A stretch of 53,808 bases of DNA, taken from assembly GCA_000320545.1 (NCBI GenBank), contig ADNK01000973.1, forward strand, positions 1 through 53,808. The letters run 5' to 3'. Shown in pieces: positions 1 through 12,780 of the stretch. The notes below the pieces were generated by a model. The model did no database searches, was not told where the DNA came from, and saw only the letters and a program-made list of their open reading frames with translations. Origin of the DNA: Bigelowiella natans CCMP2755. Taxonomy: Eukaryota > Protista > Cercozoa. The position numbers were made by a program, and so were the translations under genes. How positions within the stretch are numbered: position 1 is the first letter of the stretch; each line of letters opens with the position of its first letter.

Positions 1-23
1 CACACACACACACACACACACAC

Positions 24-63
<40 letters not shown>

Positions 64-101
64 ACAGACAAGGTAAGATATATATATATATATATATATA
101 T
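1..101. repeat. Compound microsatellite (CA)n(GA)n...(TA)n
   Basis: Seen directly. Representative of dozens of intronic di- and trinucleotide tracts in the window. Confidence 0.95.
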
Positions 102-209
102 TATCGATTCATTCAAGAGGGACTGTTTCAACAAAAACGGCAGCCCACCCCCTCAAAGCAAGGACTATTATTATTGTAACATCCTCGTGCCTCTATACTG
201 TGGACGCAC

Positions 210-243
<34 letters not shown>

Positions 244-392
244 CATATGTATTGAACAGTAAGGTGTGAATATTCCTCCATCATCATCATCATCATCATC
301 ATCAATCATCCACTACTTTGTGATTCATCGCTGTTGTTGTCGTTGCTGCTGTCACCGCTCTTTGCTGCTCTTGACGGCACACCACGACTCAC

Positions 393-465
393 CAACTGCG
401 CAATTTGCCTCAGAAGACTTATTAGATGGAGCTGCAGCTTCCTACAGGAACACACACATATATAT

Positions 466-503
<38 letters not shown>

Positions 504-534
504 TATATATATTATATTTATACATATAACTCAG

Positions 535-577
<43 letters not shown>

Positions 578-913
578 TGAGTTATCAAACTAGGTGCGCT
601 GAATTGCGACGAGATAGATAATCAATGGACCTTGACGTATCAAGGCAGCTTGAAATGGTCCGTCTTTTGCTGGCAAGGGAGTTGCAGTCGAACAGAGGCA
701 AACAGTACACCTCCAACTTCGCGTCCTGAAGCACAACGATAGTCAATCATATCACTCAAACGAGCCACACCGTTGTCGTGACACACATCACAGTATACCT
801 GTCTGTCTTTGAAGAACACATGCCTGCGAACATGACTTTCCAGCTTCTGTAGCAGCCACAATTCCGTTCAACCGAAAAACACATATGTTAGCGAGAGGGG
901 GGGGGGGGGAGGG

Positions 914-949
<36 letters not shown>

Positions 950-2832
950 ACCACCTGCACTTTATTGGTGATTTGGATGAGCTGGGACTGGGCTTGCTTG
1001 TCGGTGATTCCTTCAAAACAGTAAGGAATCATTCCATAAACTTGGCACTGATTGCCTTCCGCACACAACAAACTACTTAAACTTCTTTATTATTCTTCGG
1101 GGTGTGTGTGTACTTTTCACACAACAAGACATAGAGTAGATGTGTGCCTGTGAGTGTACATCATGATGTAGCATACCCTGCACCATCGTCAGCTGTCGGT
1201 ATTCACTCTCCTTTGCGTCCACAGCCTTCTTCAGCTCCGCGACCGAAGACTCCAAACTCGTTACACGCTTATTTGATTATTTAATCGTGAGAATTTCGGA
1301 TTATATATACATATATATACAAATTATGATTTTTCTTCTCACATTCGTCGCGGTATCGCACTGAGATCTGAGGCTAGTATTGTCAGTTTTGAGCTGATTC
1401 ACCTCGTTCTGGAAGTCATTAACCTAGCGATGAAAAAATAAAAATTGAAAGGAAATCCATCACGCCAACACTCCCAGCTCACCCCCTCCCCCCCTTCCCA
1501 CCTCTTCTTCTTTCCCTCCCCCTACGTAATTTCCCTCCTCACGAACGATTATGTGCAACGAACAGTGTGGTGCGTCATCATACAACCAACCTGCTGGGAA
1601 TGCTGCTGTTTCAATTCGGATAATTCTATATGTAGCGATTGATTCTCTTTGATTTTGTTGGTAAGCTCCTCTTGCAACACGATCATTGGGTGGTCGGTTG
1701 GCATTGTTCCATCACCGCCAATCCCCAAGGACGATTTCTCCCTCCTCCCTTCAGTATAAAAATCATAGGGAAAATACGGCACCATTATCGAAAGGACTGT
1801 CTATTAAATACCTTTCTCTCGATAAATGGCAGAAAATTATTCCCCGTCATTTAACTGACCCCAATGGTCAATGAATTAAAGACGACGGCGACGATATACA
1901 TTGAGGGTGAACCCATGCAGCGTCCACTAAATTGTCTAATTGTACCCGCAGAAGCACCAGTCCTCGAAGAAGAAGAAGAAACGCTTGCAGACGATTTGCC
2001 TCTCAAGTTGTCATTGGAGGATGAGGAGGAGGAAGCAGTCATGGAGGAGGCACCGACACCAAAGAGAGATGTAAGGCCCCATGATTTGCTGTCCTGCTGC
2101 TGTTTCTCCGCCGCGACGGTTCGAATGTGCTGTAAGTGGTTCGTTGGTTTATGGTTAGAATACAAGCGCCTACGTCATGCTGGCGAAAACCGCTCGGTGG
2201 AGTGTTTACGGTGTAACCTTTTTGAGTTTCTCGCAGCGCTTCCGTAAGGCTTGGTTGTTGAACGAGAGTCGATCAATCTTGCGGAGCTGTGTAATAAATA
2301 CCATCCCATCAGTCAGTCAGTCAGTCAGTCATCATCATCATCAGCAGCCTCGGTTATAACAGAGGTATGATTATTTCCAGCAACACTGTTCGATTGCAAC
2401 TCGACCTTCTCCTGGTTCATCCTGCTAGAGTCCTGTAGTAGCACCAACAGCACATATGAGGATGATGATGATGGTGATGATGATTCGTCATTTCAACAAA
2501 AAGAAGAAGAAGAAGAAGAATATGAAAAAGTAGAAATGGGCAAGTGTTGATAGAAATAAGTAGAATGATGACCGGACCTCTAACTTTCCCTGTAGCTGGT
2601 TAACCTGTGATCGGAGTTCCTCCGTTAACTTCTTCTCCTCTAGAACCGCTCGCTTCAGCACAGCATTCTACAAAGGCCATAGCATATGAAGGAGTAGTGA
2701 GATTTGCAGAGATGTATCACTCTCCCAATTCAAAATTACCTGGCGTGATTTCTTACTAAGTCTCGCCGCGACCGCATTGTACTCGGCGGCCAATTGCTTC
2801 AATTTTTCGCGGAGGCTCTCAGCGCTATCCAT
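393..2832 (-). CDS. PPP1R21: PPP1R21/KLRAQ-like coiled-coil protein (FERRY Fy-2-like), multi-exon; 3' part probably runs off the left edge
   Basis: Spliced N-terminus from ATG 2832: MDSAESLREKLKQLAAEYNAVAARLSKKSRQ|NAVLKRAVLEEKKLTEELRSQ...IDRLSFNNQALRKR...VLQEELTNKIKENQSLHIELSE. This parallels the PPP1R21 KLRAQ region (KYQKLAQEYSKLRAQNQVLKKGVVDEQ...MDSLTFRNLQLAKR...ELQKKIEENERLH). GT-AG intron at 2668-2739. Confidence 0.7.
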
Positions 2833-2899
2833 CTTGTATGTCCGCTTCCTCCTTGTGACTCTTTCTCCTCAAGATAATCCAGCGTGCTTTGGGACACTA

Positions 2900-4370
2900 A
2901 TTGCTTTTCATAGCATGGATCGTGTTTCAAGAGTCATCGAAGTGTCACCGCCCTCGCCCCTGGATACTGTGACGAAGCAAACAAGCGAACACTGGGGGTT
3001 GATCACACAAAAACACGTGGAATTGACCACCGTTTCGAAGGAAAATTTCTCTGACGCATCACTAAAATCCCATGTGTTTTTGATCACATAGCCAGATGAC
3101 CACAGTTCGTCGGAGCATCCATTGATCCTTTCTTTCTTTTTTTGTGTTTTGATTCTTCTGGGTGCCCCCTCTGCTACACCGTCTGTGGATCATCGCATCG
3201 ACAAAGCTTTCAGGAAGTTCTTGATCAGAATTGACACATTGCATTGCCATCACACTGCCGCTGGTCGTGCTGCTTCATTGCAGCCTGATGCCAATTCTGG
3301 AATTGCTTGCTCAAATCGTGTGAAATCGTGCTGGTTTCACCAGTCAGTCCTCGCTGTGCTCAGCTCGAGGCACTGCGTGTCGCACATTGCAAGTGTCATG
3401 CAACATTTAGGAAATGTCAGTTCATCATCAAAGTTTCTTTCTTTCAATGTTCCAATGTTCTCGAGGCACTTCTAGACTTGCATTGCGTTTCGCACTTTGC
3501 AAGCTAGCAAGTGTCGCACACCACTTTGGAAACGTGCCAGCGTGATCGATCGATGAAAAAAGTTTCTTTCTTTCTTTCCTTCCGTTCACTTCATTCACGT
3601 GCAGGTGCACCATTGAAATTGTTCCAGTTGCTTCATTCACTCACTCACTTGACGAGGCGCCCTGCCAGACTGGCGCGACCTCCTTCTAGCCTTGCTAGCT
3701 TGCTGAGTTGGAAACTCACGTCGTGCGTCATCCGCCAGCTAGCCAGGCTCTTCCCCCAATCCCTTCATCGTGATGAACGTCCAATTGTGACCGTCGTTGC
3801 AGTGTTTCGGCACTTCATTCATCCCAGCATTGCTCCTCAATGCGTGCAGGGAGCCTGACTGGCCTTCACATCCAAACACGCACAGCCACAGACGCGCAGC
3901 TGCGCAGAGCGCACAAGTTCCCAGAGACCACTTTGGACCTCTAGACCTAGACGTACACTCTGGCGTGTCCAACCTGCAATGCCCAAACCCAGTGTGCGTG
4001 CTGACCAGCGCATGACTAGCCAGTCTAGCAGTGTCTTGCAGCAGTTGACTGAAACCCAGTGTGTCAATTGGTGGCTCCAGCTGCAACGCGACTGGATCGC
4101 AGAAACGTGTTTTCAGCTAGACTGCCACAACTCATATTGCTTGTCCATCTGTGCCTGCATTGCGCATCGCCCTACCCTATGGTAGCACTGACATGTGCCA
4201 CTTTTTCGATGCTCTCGCTGAGCGATCGAATGTTTGCGTATGGCGCATGACTACACACATGACGTACGTACAGGCTGCAGAGGCCGCACGGCAGCAAGAG
4301 CAAGTGTATTGCAGCGTGAGCAAGCAACAGTGCCTCGTGCATAATGTCGCGAGCAACTCCAAGTTCATAA
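2900..4370. other. TpA-depleted, CTAG-retaining intergenic island (probable hypermutated decayed element)
   Basis: Manual count for 3181-4130: 12 TpA in ~950 bp, 10 of them in CTAG. The adjacent 4381-4541 has ~17 TpA in ~160 bp. Confidence 0.8.
3060..3640 (-). pseudogene. Decayed coding-like relic with internal ~125-bp imperfect duplication; family unidentified
   Basis: Frameshifted minus-strand peptides TFPKWCATLA and TFPKCCMTLA repeat each other (nt ~3390-3445 vs ~3508-3575). The peptides are Cys-rich and lack Tyr. Confidence 0.35.
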
Positions 4371-4538
4371 AAACAAACTTGTATGAAGATTAGCGGTGAA
4401 ACGAAAACCCATTCATCATGCTATCACGATGTTGTGTTACACCACTTTCAATGTCTAGATTAGGCGTAATATAGTAGGTCTGGGGGAAAGGAGGAATTAA
4501 TATCTGTGGAAACTAAAACTATCACAAATTTGATACTA

Positions 4539-6789
4539 CTAATCTGTCTTGATCGAACTGTATATAAGTTCCACAAAATAGAATGTGGAGACAAAACCAA
4601 TTGTACCAGTAACGAGAAAGAATCCAAGAGATATCAAGAACATGTAACCGAAAAACAACATCGTTGAAACTGCCTTCACTATCTGCATCTTAGTGCAGAA
4701 ATACATGATCGAGTATAAAAATAAGTAAATTGCTGAACTCCCGGCCGTGAGGAATGCACGCCACCACCAATGATAGTCCTGAATACAAATGAAAATGCAT
4801 CAGTTTATCATCACAGAAAAATGACTAGTTGGTTCGAACGAATGGAGAATCACCCACCTCATGGCAGAGCTGGAAATAGCACATGACGATCGTAATTTCA
4901 GCGCACGTGATCACAAGAATGACGAACACAATGAATAGAAATCCGAACATGTAGTAGAATTGGTGGAGCCACACGGAAGACATGATGAAGAAAATCTCGA
5001 TGAAGCATGCCCCGAAAGGAAGAATTCCCCCTGATATTGTCGTTTACATACATCCGTCAGTATATGCAAACGAACATAGTATATAACAGGCAATTACCTA
5101 CGAAGATTGAGAGGACAGACGACAAGTACCACTGCTGTGGTGGAATATGTGTCGGAATCAAGGTAGGCTCCTTGACAGGTTTCGGCCTCCCCCTTTTAAA
5201 TGCGAAGTAGCTGCCGAGGTAAACCAGCGGTACGGAAATTCCAAACCAAAGCACGATTAAGGTTACGAGAGTGCTGAAAGGCACCGCGCCGGTGCTTTTT
5301 TCGCCCCAAACGAGCATGTTCAGAATGAAGAATATTATGAAACATATTCCCGGGAATGTGATGGCCGTCCAAAACGTGAAGCTGATCCAGTTTGTCAACT
5401 TGAAGAACATGTACAACCGGGTCCCTCCGTACCCAGCAAAAACCCCCATGAAGACGAAAAGTAATAGAAGAGCAAGCATCAGTGCTCCACGATTAGCAGG
5501 AGATAGAAATCCAAGTACGGCAAAGAACAGAGTTGTGATAGCCATTCCCAGGAGCTGATAGCCGGTTCCGACCATAACGCAGAGCAAAGTTGCAAATTCA
5601 GGAGGACGGAAGACGTCTGTGTGGACGAGCTTCCATCCAGTTTCTTCCCTCTTGGCTTCCTCATCATCTTCTATTTCGTTGTAGCGACGGAAGTCTCTAT
5701 GCAACGTACGCATCATAATCATCGCCACCATGGCCGAAAGAAAGAGGACAATGGCGGTCGAGTTGATAATCGAGAACCAGTGGATTTGAGAGTCTGTCAT
5801 CTTCAGATACAAATCCCAGCGAGATGCCCATTTTACGTCAGATTTGGCCCACTGCACATCATAAGTCCAAATAATTTCTTCGGTGTCTTTGTTAGAAAGA
5901 CTCACAGGTTGCGGAGTCATTCCCACCGTGACCTTGTGAAGAGGGGTGCAAGTTAACAGCTTTTTGTTTGTTTCTTTCCACTCTCCATCAATCTCGTGCT
6001 TTACACTAAACGGTTCGACTTCAAAACCCACAATTCGATATCCATAAAAACTCGCCGGATTTTCATGGTAGTGCAAGTGGATCCTGATGTGGTTGTTAAC
6101 GTAAGCTACTCCAGCTTCCGTTAACGCTGCCTCTCCTCCCATAAATCCAAGGGCATATCCCTTCTCATAATGCGTTTGATATTGTAAGTCTCCATTAGCA
6201 TCGACTTCTTGCGTGTAAAATTTGGTGGCAGCAGGCATATTGTCTACGATCCAGTTCACGCGATACTCTTCCTTTATGCGCTCTTCGAAATGTTTGAGGT
6301 CATCCTTGCCGTATTGTTTCCGGCAGAGAACTTTGCAGGACTCAATCGTCTTCATCTGAATCTGCATAGGAGAGATGGTCAAAGGGGGGAAAGACGTGGG
6401 ATCAATGCAAAGTCACGCACCTTGTAGAGCGAATTCTCGATCCTGTCTCCAGATAAGACCTCCCCGAGATTTTCGGCGGACTCTGTGCCATTGGAAAGTA
6501 AATCAGCCGTGTACATTACGATGTCAGGATCCCGCGAAAGTAATTGATATAATGTAATGGATTGGTGGAATCTGTTCGTTTATCTCAGCGCATTACCCTC
6601 AATCTTCGTGGGCGCGCAGAAAGGTAGAGAGTAGTAGTCATACGGAAGCTGCGTTTGCACTGAGTCGAGCTTGTTCACTTTTAGTTCCACTGGTTCACCG
6701 TAGTCGTACTGTCTAGGTGCAACTCCAGGGAGATAGAAGCCATGGGTGTGCAGCCCAAAGGTGAGCAGAATAAATAGGAGAGTAGTCAT
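4539..6789 (-). CDS. TM9SF: Transmembrane 9 superfamily protein (TM9SF2/4, EMP70-type nonaspanin), ~5 exons
   Basis: Signal peptide followed by [91 protein letters not shown] and C-terminal IYSSIKTD*. Confidence 0.95.
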
Positions 6790-7354
6790 CGTTGCTTACT
6801 TTTCCACCAACCAAGCTGCAAAAAAACACTAATTCAGAGAGACAGAAAGAGACACAAAAAGATTCCGAATCGGCAGACATAGGGAAGATAGCCGTTTTCC
6901 TTATGTTCAAATAGCGAATCGGTGACTAGTAGAGTCCTAACCTACTGAGGGCCCTCGTTTTCTTGCTTTGCGGGACTTTGCGGGGATGGGGAGTGATTTT
7001 TCAAGTCTTTTATGACGTATCGAATCACGCACAAAATGGTCCCCGCTTAATAACGGGTAGTACCGGGATTGGACAGTTGTGCGGAGAGATCGAGAGATAA
7101 AATAGAGAATCTCTCCAGAATCTCTCTAGATCAAAACAGAAAGACCATGGCGTCTCCGGTTAATTCGTGCTGGCTCCCTCCAGGACCTTTGCACAGATGA
7201 AAGCCCCTCGAAGGCACCGGCGAAATCGAGTAAGAACAACGACAGCGCGCGCCTGATGAAAATGATAGAAGGCTTTGCATTGCGTGGACTCTTAGAGCGT
7301 AGCATGCAATCAACCTGCGCTCAGACGAAATTACCCCTCCATGTGTAGGGGTGA

Positions 7355-8194
7355 ATGAGCGGTTTGCCAAAGCTATTGCGTCCGAAGGAGACGCATGATT
7401 ATGCTCGGATGCAGAGAGAAAATGAAGAAAAAGAGCAGGAACGTAAGAAACGGTTCCAACGCATTCGGAGAGAGAATGCTCGAAGGAGAAGGTGTCTTCA
7501 TCGAACAACATCCAAACCGTTAGACGGCTTACAATGGATAAATAATTTAGGGAAAGAGAGAGAAAGAAGAAGGAGCGGGAAAAGGCCGAGATTTTGAAGC
7601 GTGAGGCTGCGTTAAAAGATCATAAAAGACGCCTTCGGGAGCAAAACTTGCTGTCTAAGAAACGGGTTCTGAAGAAAAAGCAGCAGACCCGTTCAAAACC
7701 GATTTTCAAAGTGTACGCTCCTGAGAAGCAGAGACAAACGGAAGTACGTGAAAATCACGGGGAACAGGTTCATAATCGATCATGAATGGAAGCCATCGTT
7801 CGATAACAACCTCTATGTGTTGTGTTATCTGGACATTCAGAAAATTGAGGAAAGCAACATCATAAGACAAACAGCGCCCCCCGTATCATATGTTATAAGC
7901 ACTGGAAGGCAAGAGATTTCCGAGCCTCACAAATGCGAGTCTCCGAAACGTAGTACATAATTAATGATGGTATGCAGTTTCATGCATATGATTGTGAATC
8001 TGTTTCTTAAAAAAAGGCATGCCGGGATTTGGAAAGAAGAGGCGCTTGCGAGTGCGTATCCCCACAGTGCAAACTTCTCGTGTTGTTGTCAAATGTATTC
8101 CTGCATGTTGTTGTTTAAGGATATTGGTCAACAAGAGATACTACATTTATTAAAAAACATACACACACACACACACACATATATATATAATAAA

Positions 8195-8234
<40 letters not shown>

Positions 8235-11219
8235 ATATTTACACATATATTAAACCAGTAATTATTTGTATGTGCGGGTGTGTTGTGATGTGTTTTGTTG
8301 TGTTGTGTTGTGTTGTGTTTTGTGTGTGTGTGCTTTCATCTGAATATTTTAATAGAAGCCTGAACTTCGTGGCTTGGAGTCCCTCTTCGGAAGTCTCGAT
8401 AAACGTGCTGTGAAGGTCCCCGTTCAGTTTTTACATTTAATGTACGAAAATCTCCAAAATAAGGACGCAAATACGCATATGCACATACACAAGGATTATA
8501 TTGCATTTACATGAACGTGGTGCGCGTGGGTGGGTGGGCAATTGAATGGTATAAAATACGCATGTGTATCACAGTTGGCACGAGATGTTTCGGATCCTTC
8601 ACACCAGTCGTCATTCCCCGGGGAGTCAGTTATGAATTTCGAGCCGGGGGGGCTCGAGCAGTCAAAGCCTTCAATCTCGCCCAACTCCCCTTCTTCTTAC
8701 AGAGAGCGGCAGGAACAACGTGCTGGCCGCCGTGTAGCGAGGAAACAAGTTCGGTTCGGCGAGACGTTGAAGAGCGTTATGGAGGACGCTCACACGCCGG
8801 CAGATGATTGTGAGGAGGAGGATATTGTTTTACCGCAAACAACAATCGAGGGATTGGACAAGTCTACCATGAGGCTTTTTGGCAGTAATGCATGCATTAT
8901 AATGATAACTGTAATTATAATAATAATAACGGTGATAATAATGATACGGCCATATAGGATGCCGCACGGTGTTCTGCCGCCGTATTTCTTCTTCTTTTTG
9001 TTATCTTCTTCTCTTCTTCTGCTTCTTCTTGCTCTTGTTCTTTCTGATATCGACCTATCCATCTGTCTATCTATCAAGGTGTTGATATAAGAAACTCAAT
9101 CGAGCAATTCTTCAACTTGCACAAGAAAGCATACAGCAGCCCCCGGGAAGGAGGAGGAGGAGGAGGAGGAATAGGAGGAGCAGCAGCAGCGTGTCGTCGT
9201 CTAGATGCTGAAAGTGAGATTGAATCATCACAGAATCTCCCCCGACCTGGAGGTGGCCATATGAGCAGACGACAACCTGGACAATCTGAGCAGGGGTTCA
9301 GTAACTCCAAGCAGAGAAGAAGAGGAGAAGCGCACACGACACCGCCTTGGCTTCAAGGGTTTGTTTTGACTGTCGTCGTATGAACAACTGAATGTTGAAT
9401 GGCCCGGAAACGTCGTTTAATCTTGCAAAAACCCTGTGTGAATAATAACTTGAAAGGCATCGCTCCTCGTTCCGTATTCGGGAAAAGAAGCAACCGAACT
9501 CGCGCGGCGGCAGGGGGGCCAACGATCTGAGCATCCAGGACTCAGCTTTCTTCGGCCAAGCTTTCCAAAGACTTGCGAGGAGGCCAAGGCCACCCCCCCG
9601 CAAAGAATTAGAAAGGAAAGGGATAAGCAAGGATGGGAAGAAGGCCGCCGGGGGTCAAGGCATCCTTTCTCAAATTGGTCTAGAAGCGGGGCTTCACTCG
9701 ATCTACGGAGGAGAAACTACCGAGTTTGAACATATTACGGAAGGGGAGAAGAAGAAGGCCACTCCTCCCCGTGATATATACATTGGGGAGAAGTTTTCAA
9801 ATGAGAAAGAAGAGAGTAAGGATTTTCCAGATGGCGACGCGACGGCGGCGACGACGGTACGGCAGTCATTCGAGTTCTCCAAAGCATTTGGTATCCCAAG
9901 AAACCAGGCGAAAGAACAAGAGAAGCACCATCACCAACAAAATCACCACTACGAGGAGAGTCATACCGAGGATGATCTCAGCACTAGAAAGCACATGAAG
10001 GAGTTTGGAGATGGTGATGATGCCGTGCACGATGGCTTCTACCGTGGTGACGTGCTCATCCGACCAACACAAGAGCAGCGGCACTCTGGATCATCTACAA
10101 ATTATTTGGCATCATCATCATCATCATCACCATCACCACCATCTCTGTTGGTGGAGAAGAGGGGTCAGAACAACGGCCAAAATAGACTACTACCCCACAG
10201 CTACACCAACGTGAAAAACGCAGCTGAATTCAGCGAATCGCCCCGGAGGCGGCAGCAGACTACGACAGTGACGAATCAGAGAAAGGGCATTTCTTCTTGG
10301 ATAGACAGTGAGCAACCCGTAGCGACGAAGAAGCCACGACAGGTCGCCATTGCTGATAGCCGACGAGGCAAAATCGAGGAGAGAACGGGAAAACCGAATC
10401 TTAAACCCCGCAGCAACACCAGATCGTCGATATTCACTTTCCAAACAACCGACGGTAACAATGCACTCGAGGACGACAACGAGTGGGGATCGGTGCAGAT
10501 AGTTGGCGACAATGAGTGGAAAACAGTAAGGATAGAGGGTGATGATGGCAAGGAGGCCAAACATAGGAAAGTTGAGTCACGGTATGGCCTTAACTACGCA
10601 GCTCTAGCTTCTCAGAAAACCAAGAAGAAGAACAACAAGAAGAAGAAGAAGAAGAAGGAAAAGAAGATACCTGTCGCAGCCACCGGTGCAAATTTTAGAC
10701 GCAAGAAGAAGGAGAAGAATCAGGCGTTCTCTCAGCCGCAACAGCTCTATAGCGCTAGAAGCCCGCGCGGGTACTACAACAATGCGACAATGAGTCCAAG
10801 GTTGCTGGACAAGAAAAGACGTGCTGCTCAATTTAAAGCGAAACCAGGCAGTCGTGTGATGAGCCCTCGTCCGAAGAATAACCACAGGACCCTGCCTACA
10901 AACGACGAAAGATGTAATTGGAAGAACATGATTGTGGGGAGGGGGAAAGGGAGGGGGGCGTTATGGGGAATCGAACCCTAGCGCATGATATGTAAGGTAA
11001 TCATTGATGTTCCGACCTATATCAGTCCGCCGTTCGGTGGATGCTCTGGGACTATCAATTGAAACCGGACGTCTCCATGAATCGATAATGAAACTTGAGG
11101 TATTCTAATGTACGCGAGCCTTTATTCATGTTGCGAGTCTTAAGTGTGTTCGTGTTAGTCGCAATAACGTTAGATATCATCATCTTGTGCTTGGCTTGCG
11201 GTTGTTAATCGTATTATTC

Positions 11220-11255
<36 letters not shown>

Positions 11256-11766
11256 ACTTCAGAATCGGTTGAAGCAAATAGCCATTCGACAGCAACACCG
11301 GAAGCAAAATAGAGCAGTGCTCCAAGGCCGCGCTGCTGCTAATACTACTCCAGCACCTGCAACCCCGTGGAATATCTCCCATACAAACCAAACGTATCTG
11401 CCCCCTCCCCCTCCCCCCCATGCTCCATTACCAGCAGCAGCAGCTTATGCGAGTATACCCACGACCGTACAAATCATAGCCCCAGCGGTGGGTGCGTCCA
11501 TTGCTTGCGACCCGCGTGTAGGAGCCACTTACCACATTCCCTATCACACAACTGCTATTCCCTACCCTCCAACTCAAAACATCCCCTCTAGCGTGAATCA
11601 TCATCCTCATCATCACCACCCCCCACCCGCCACATGGGGACACGCGACTTCTGGGGTTCAGCATCCCCGCCACCATGGAGGCTCTGCAGTCGCTGTGAAT
11701 CTTCCGTATGGAGGCTATGCTGCTCAGGCCGCTTCCAAGAAAAAACCTGCAAGGAAGGTTAGTTGA
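7355..11766 (+). CDS. Hypothetical low-complexity, charged, Pro-rich protein; multi-exon (could be more than one gene)
   Basis: Coding-like exons at ~7355-7490, 7551-7710, 8574-8870, 9080-9360, a long open exon ~9540-10910 and 11265-11766, separated by microsatellite introns. No recognised domain. Confidence 0.5.
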
Positions 11767-12039
11767 ACATCGCATCATTTCCCCCGTCCGTTGAATCAGG
11801 ATATATTTCTCTGAAATCACAATCTCGAATTTGCCCACAGGTGAAATCTCGTCCCTCTACCCTTGGATATAGAGCAAGAGAAAGGGCTTCTAGGTTACGA
11901 CATGGTAAATGAAATCCTTCAGTGGCGTTTTCAAAATGGTTTGAATTGGTGCATAGAATTAGAAAATCTCGGCCCAATGTACCACTTTTGAGGTGTTCAA
12001 TACATAGAGCTGTAACGTACAATGTGGTCTTTCGCAAAA

Positions 12040-12780
12040 AAATGATGCCCGTTGCATTGGACACATGGAAGCACGCAGGATGCATGATGATAGGCCTAGA
12101 GGCGTTCTAGCGTTGCGCTTGTGGCATGATGCGGTGTGATGCGAAGCATTGACGCGCAGTGCAGCTTGCGAAGCATTGCGCGTGATCGACAACTAGACAA
12201 AAAGCGTGCAGACACTAGGACACTGCATCAGCACAATCGACAAAGCACATCATCACAGCACTTGTTTCACAGTTGGCTGCTAAATCTAGAAGTGCACATG
12301 CCATGGAGCCATGGCACTGCTAGCTAGCTAGAGTGGTGCGCATGATGGCTTGTTTGACAGCGCATCTAGCAGATGCAACTCACAAACATGTTGATCACAC
12401 TTTGCAACTTGCTACAGCTTGCATCAAATTTAGCTGATTAATTACATCCGTCTTGCTATATTGCATGCGCTAGCTTGCACAGTCACGCTAAGCTAGTCGT
12501 AAGCTAGCTAAGTGCGATTTGTGCAACTTGTGCTGCCTGCTATAGCTAGCCTGCTGAGAGCTAGAGGGTGATCAATGATGCGCACACAGTCTGCACTAGC
12601 AGAGTAGCAGAGCCGTGCAATCTTATCTCGACATTATTGCGCGCACAATGAGGCGAACGGCACACTTGCTTATTCATGCCGCGTGCGTGTGTGTCTAGGT
12701 GTGCATGTGTACGCTTGCTAGATAGCTTGCCGCGCTATGTGCCTCACACTAGCACATCACTGTCTAGCTGTCTAGACTGT
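12040..12780. other. TpA-depleted, CTAG-rich island between convergent genes
   Basis: 12095-12410 has 10 TpA: 9 CTAG and 1 CTAA. (CTAG)3 at ~12320. Confidence 0.75.
12426..12454 (-). repeat. Truncated copy of the AGACGGATG dispersed repeat
   Basis: Reverse complement aagacggatgtaattaatcagctaaattt closely matches the start of the copy at 43099. Confidence 0.7.

Noticed and set aside
266-621. ORFs rich in YIYI, HTHT, SLSL or poly-S/V/D, here and throughout the window
   Set aside because: They are translations of intronic microsatellites or antisense shadows of real exons.
2900-4370. Fungal RIP or CpG-methylation decay as the cause of the TG/CA excess
   Set aside because: RIP increases TpA, and 5mC decay depletes CpG. 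Here TpA is lost and CpG is abundant.
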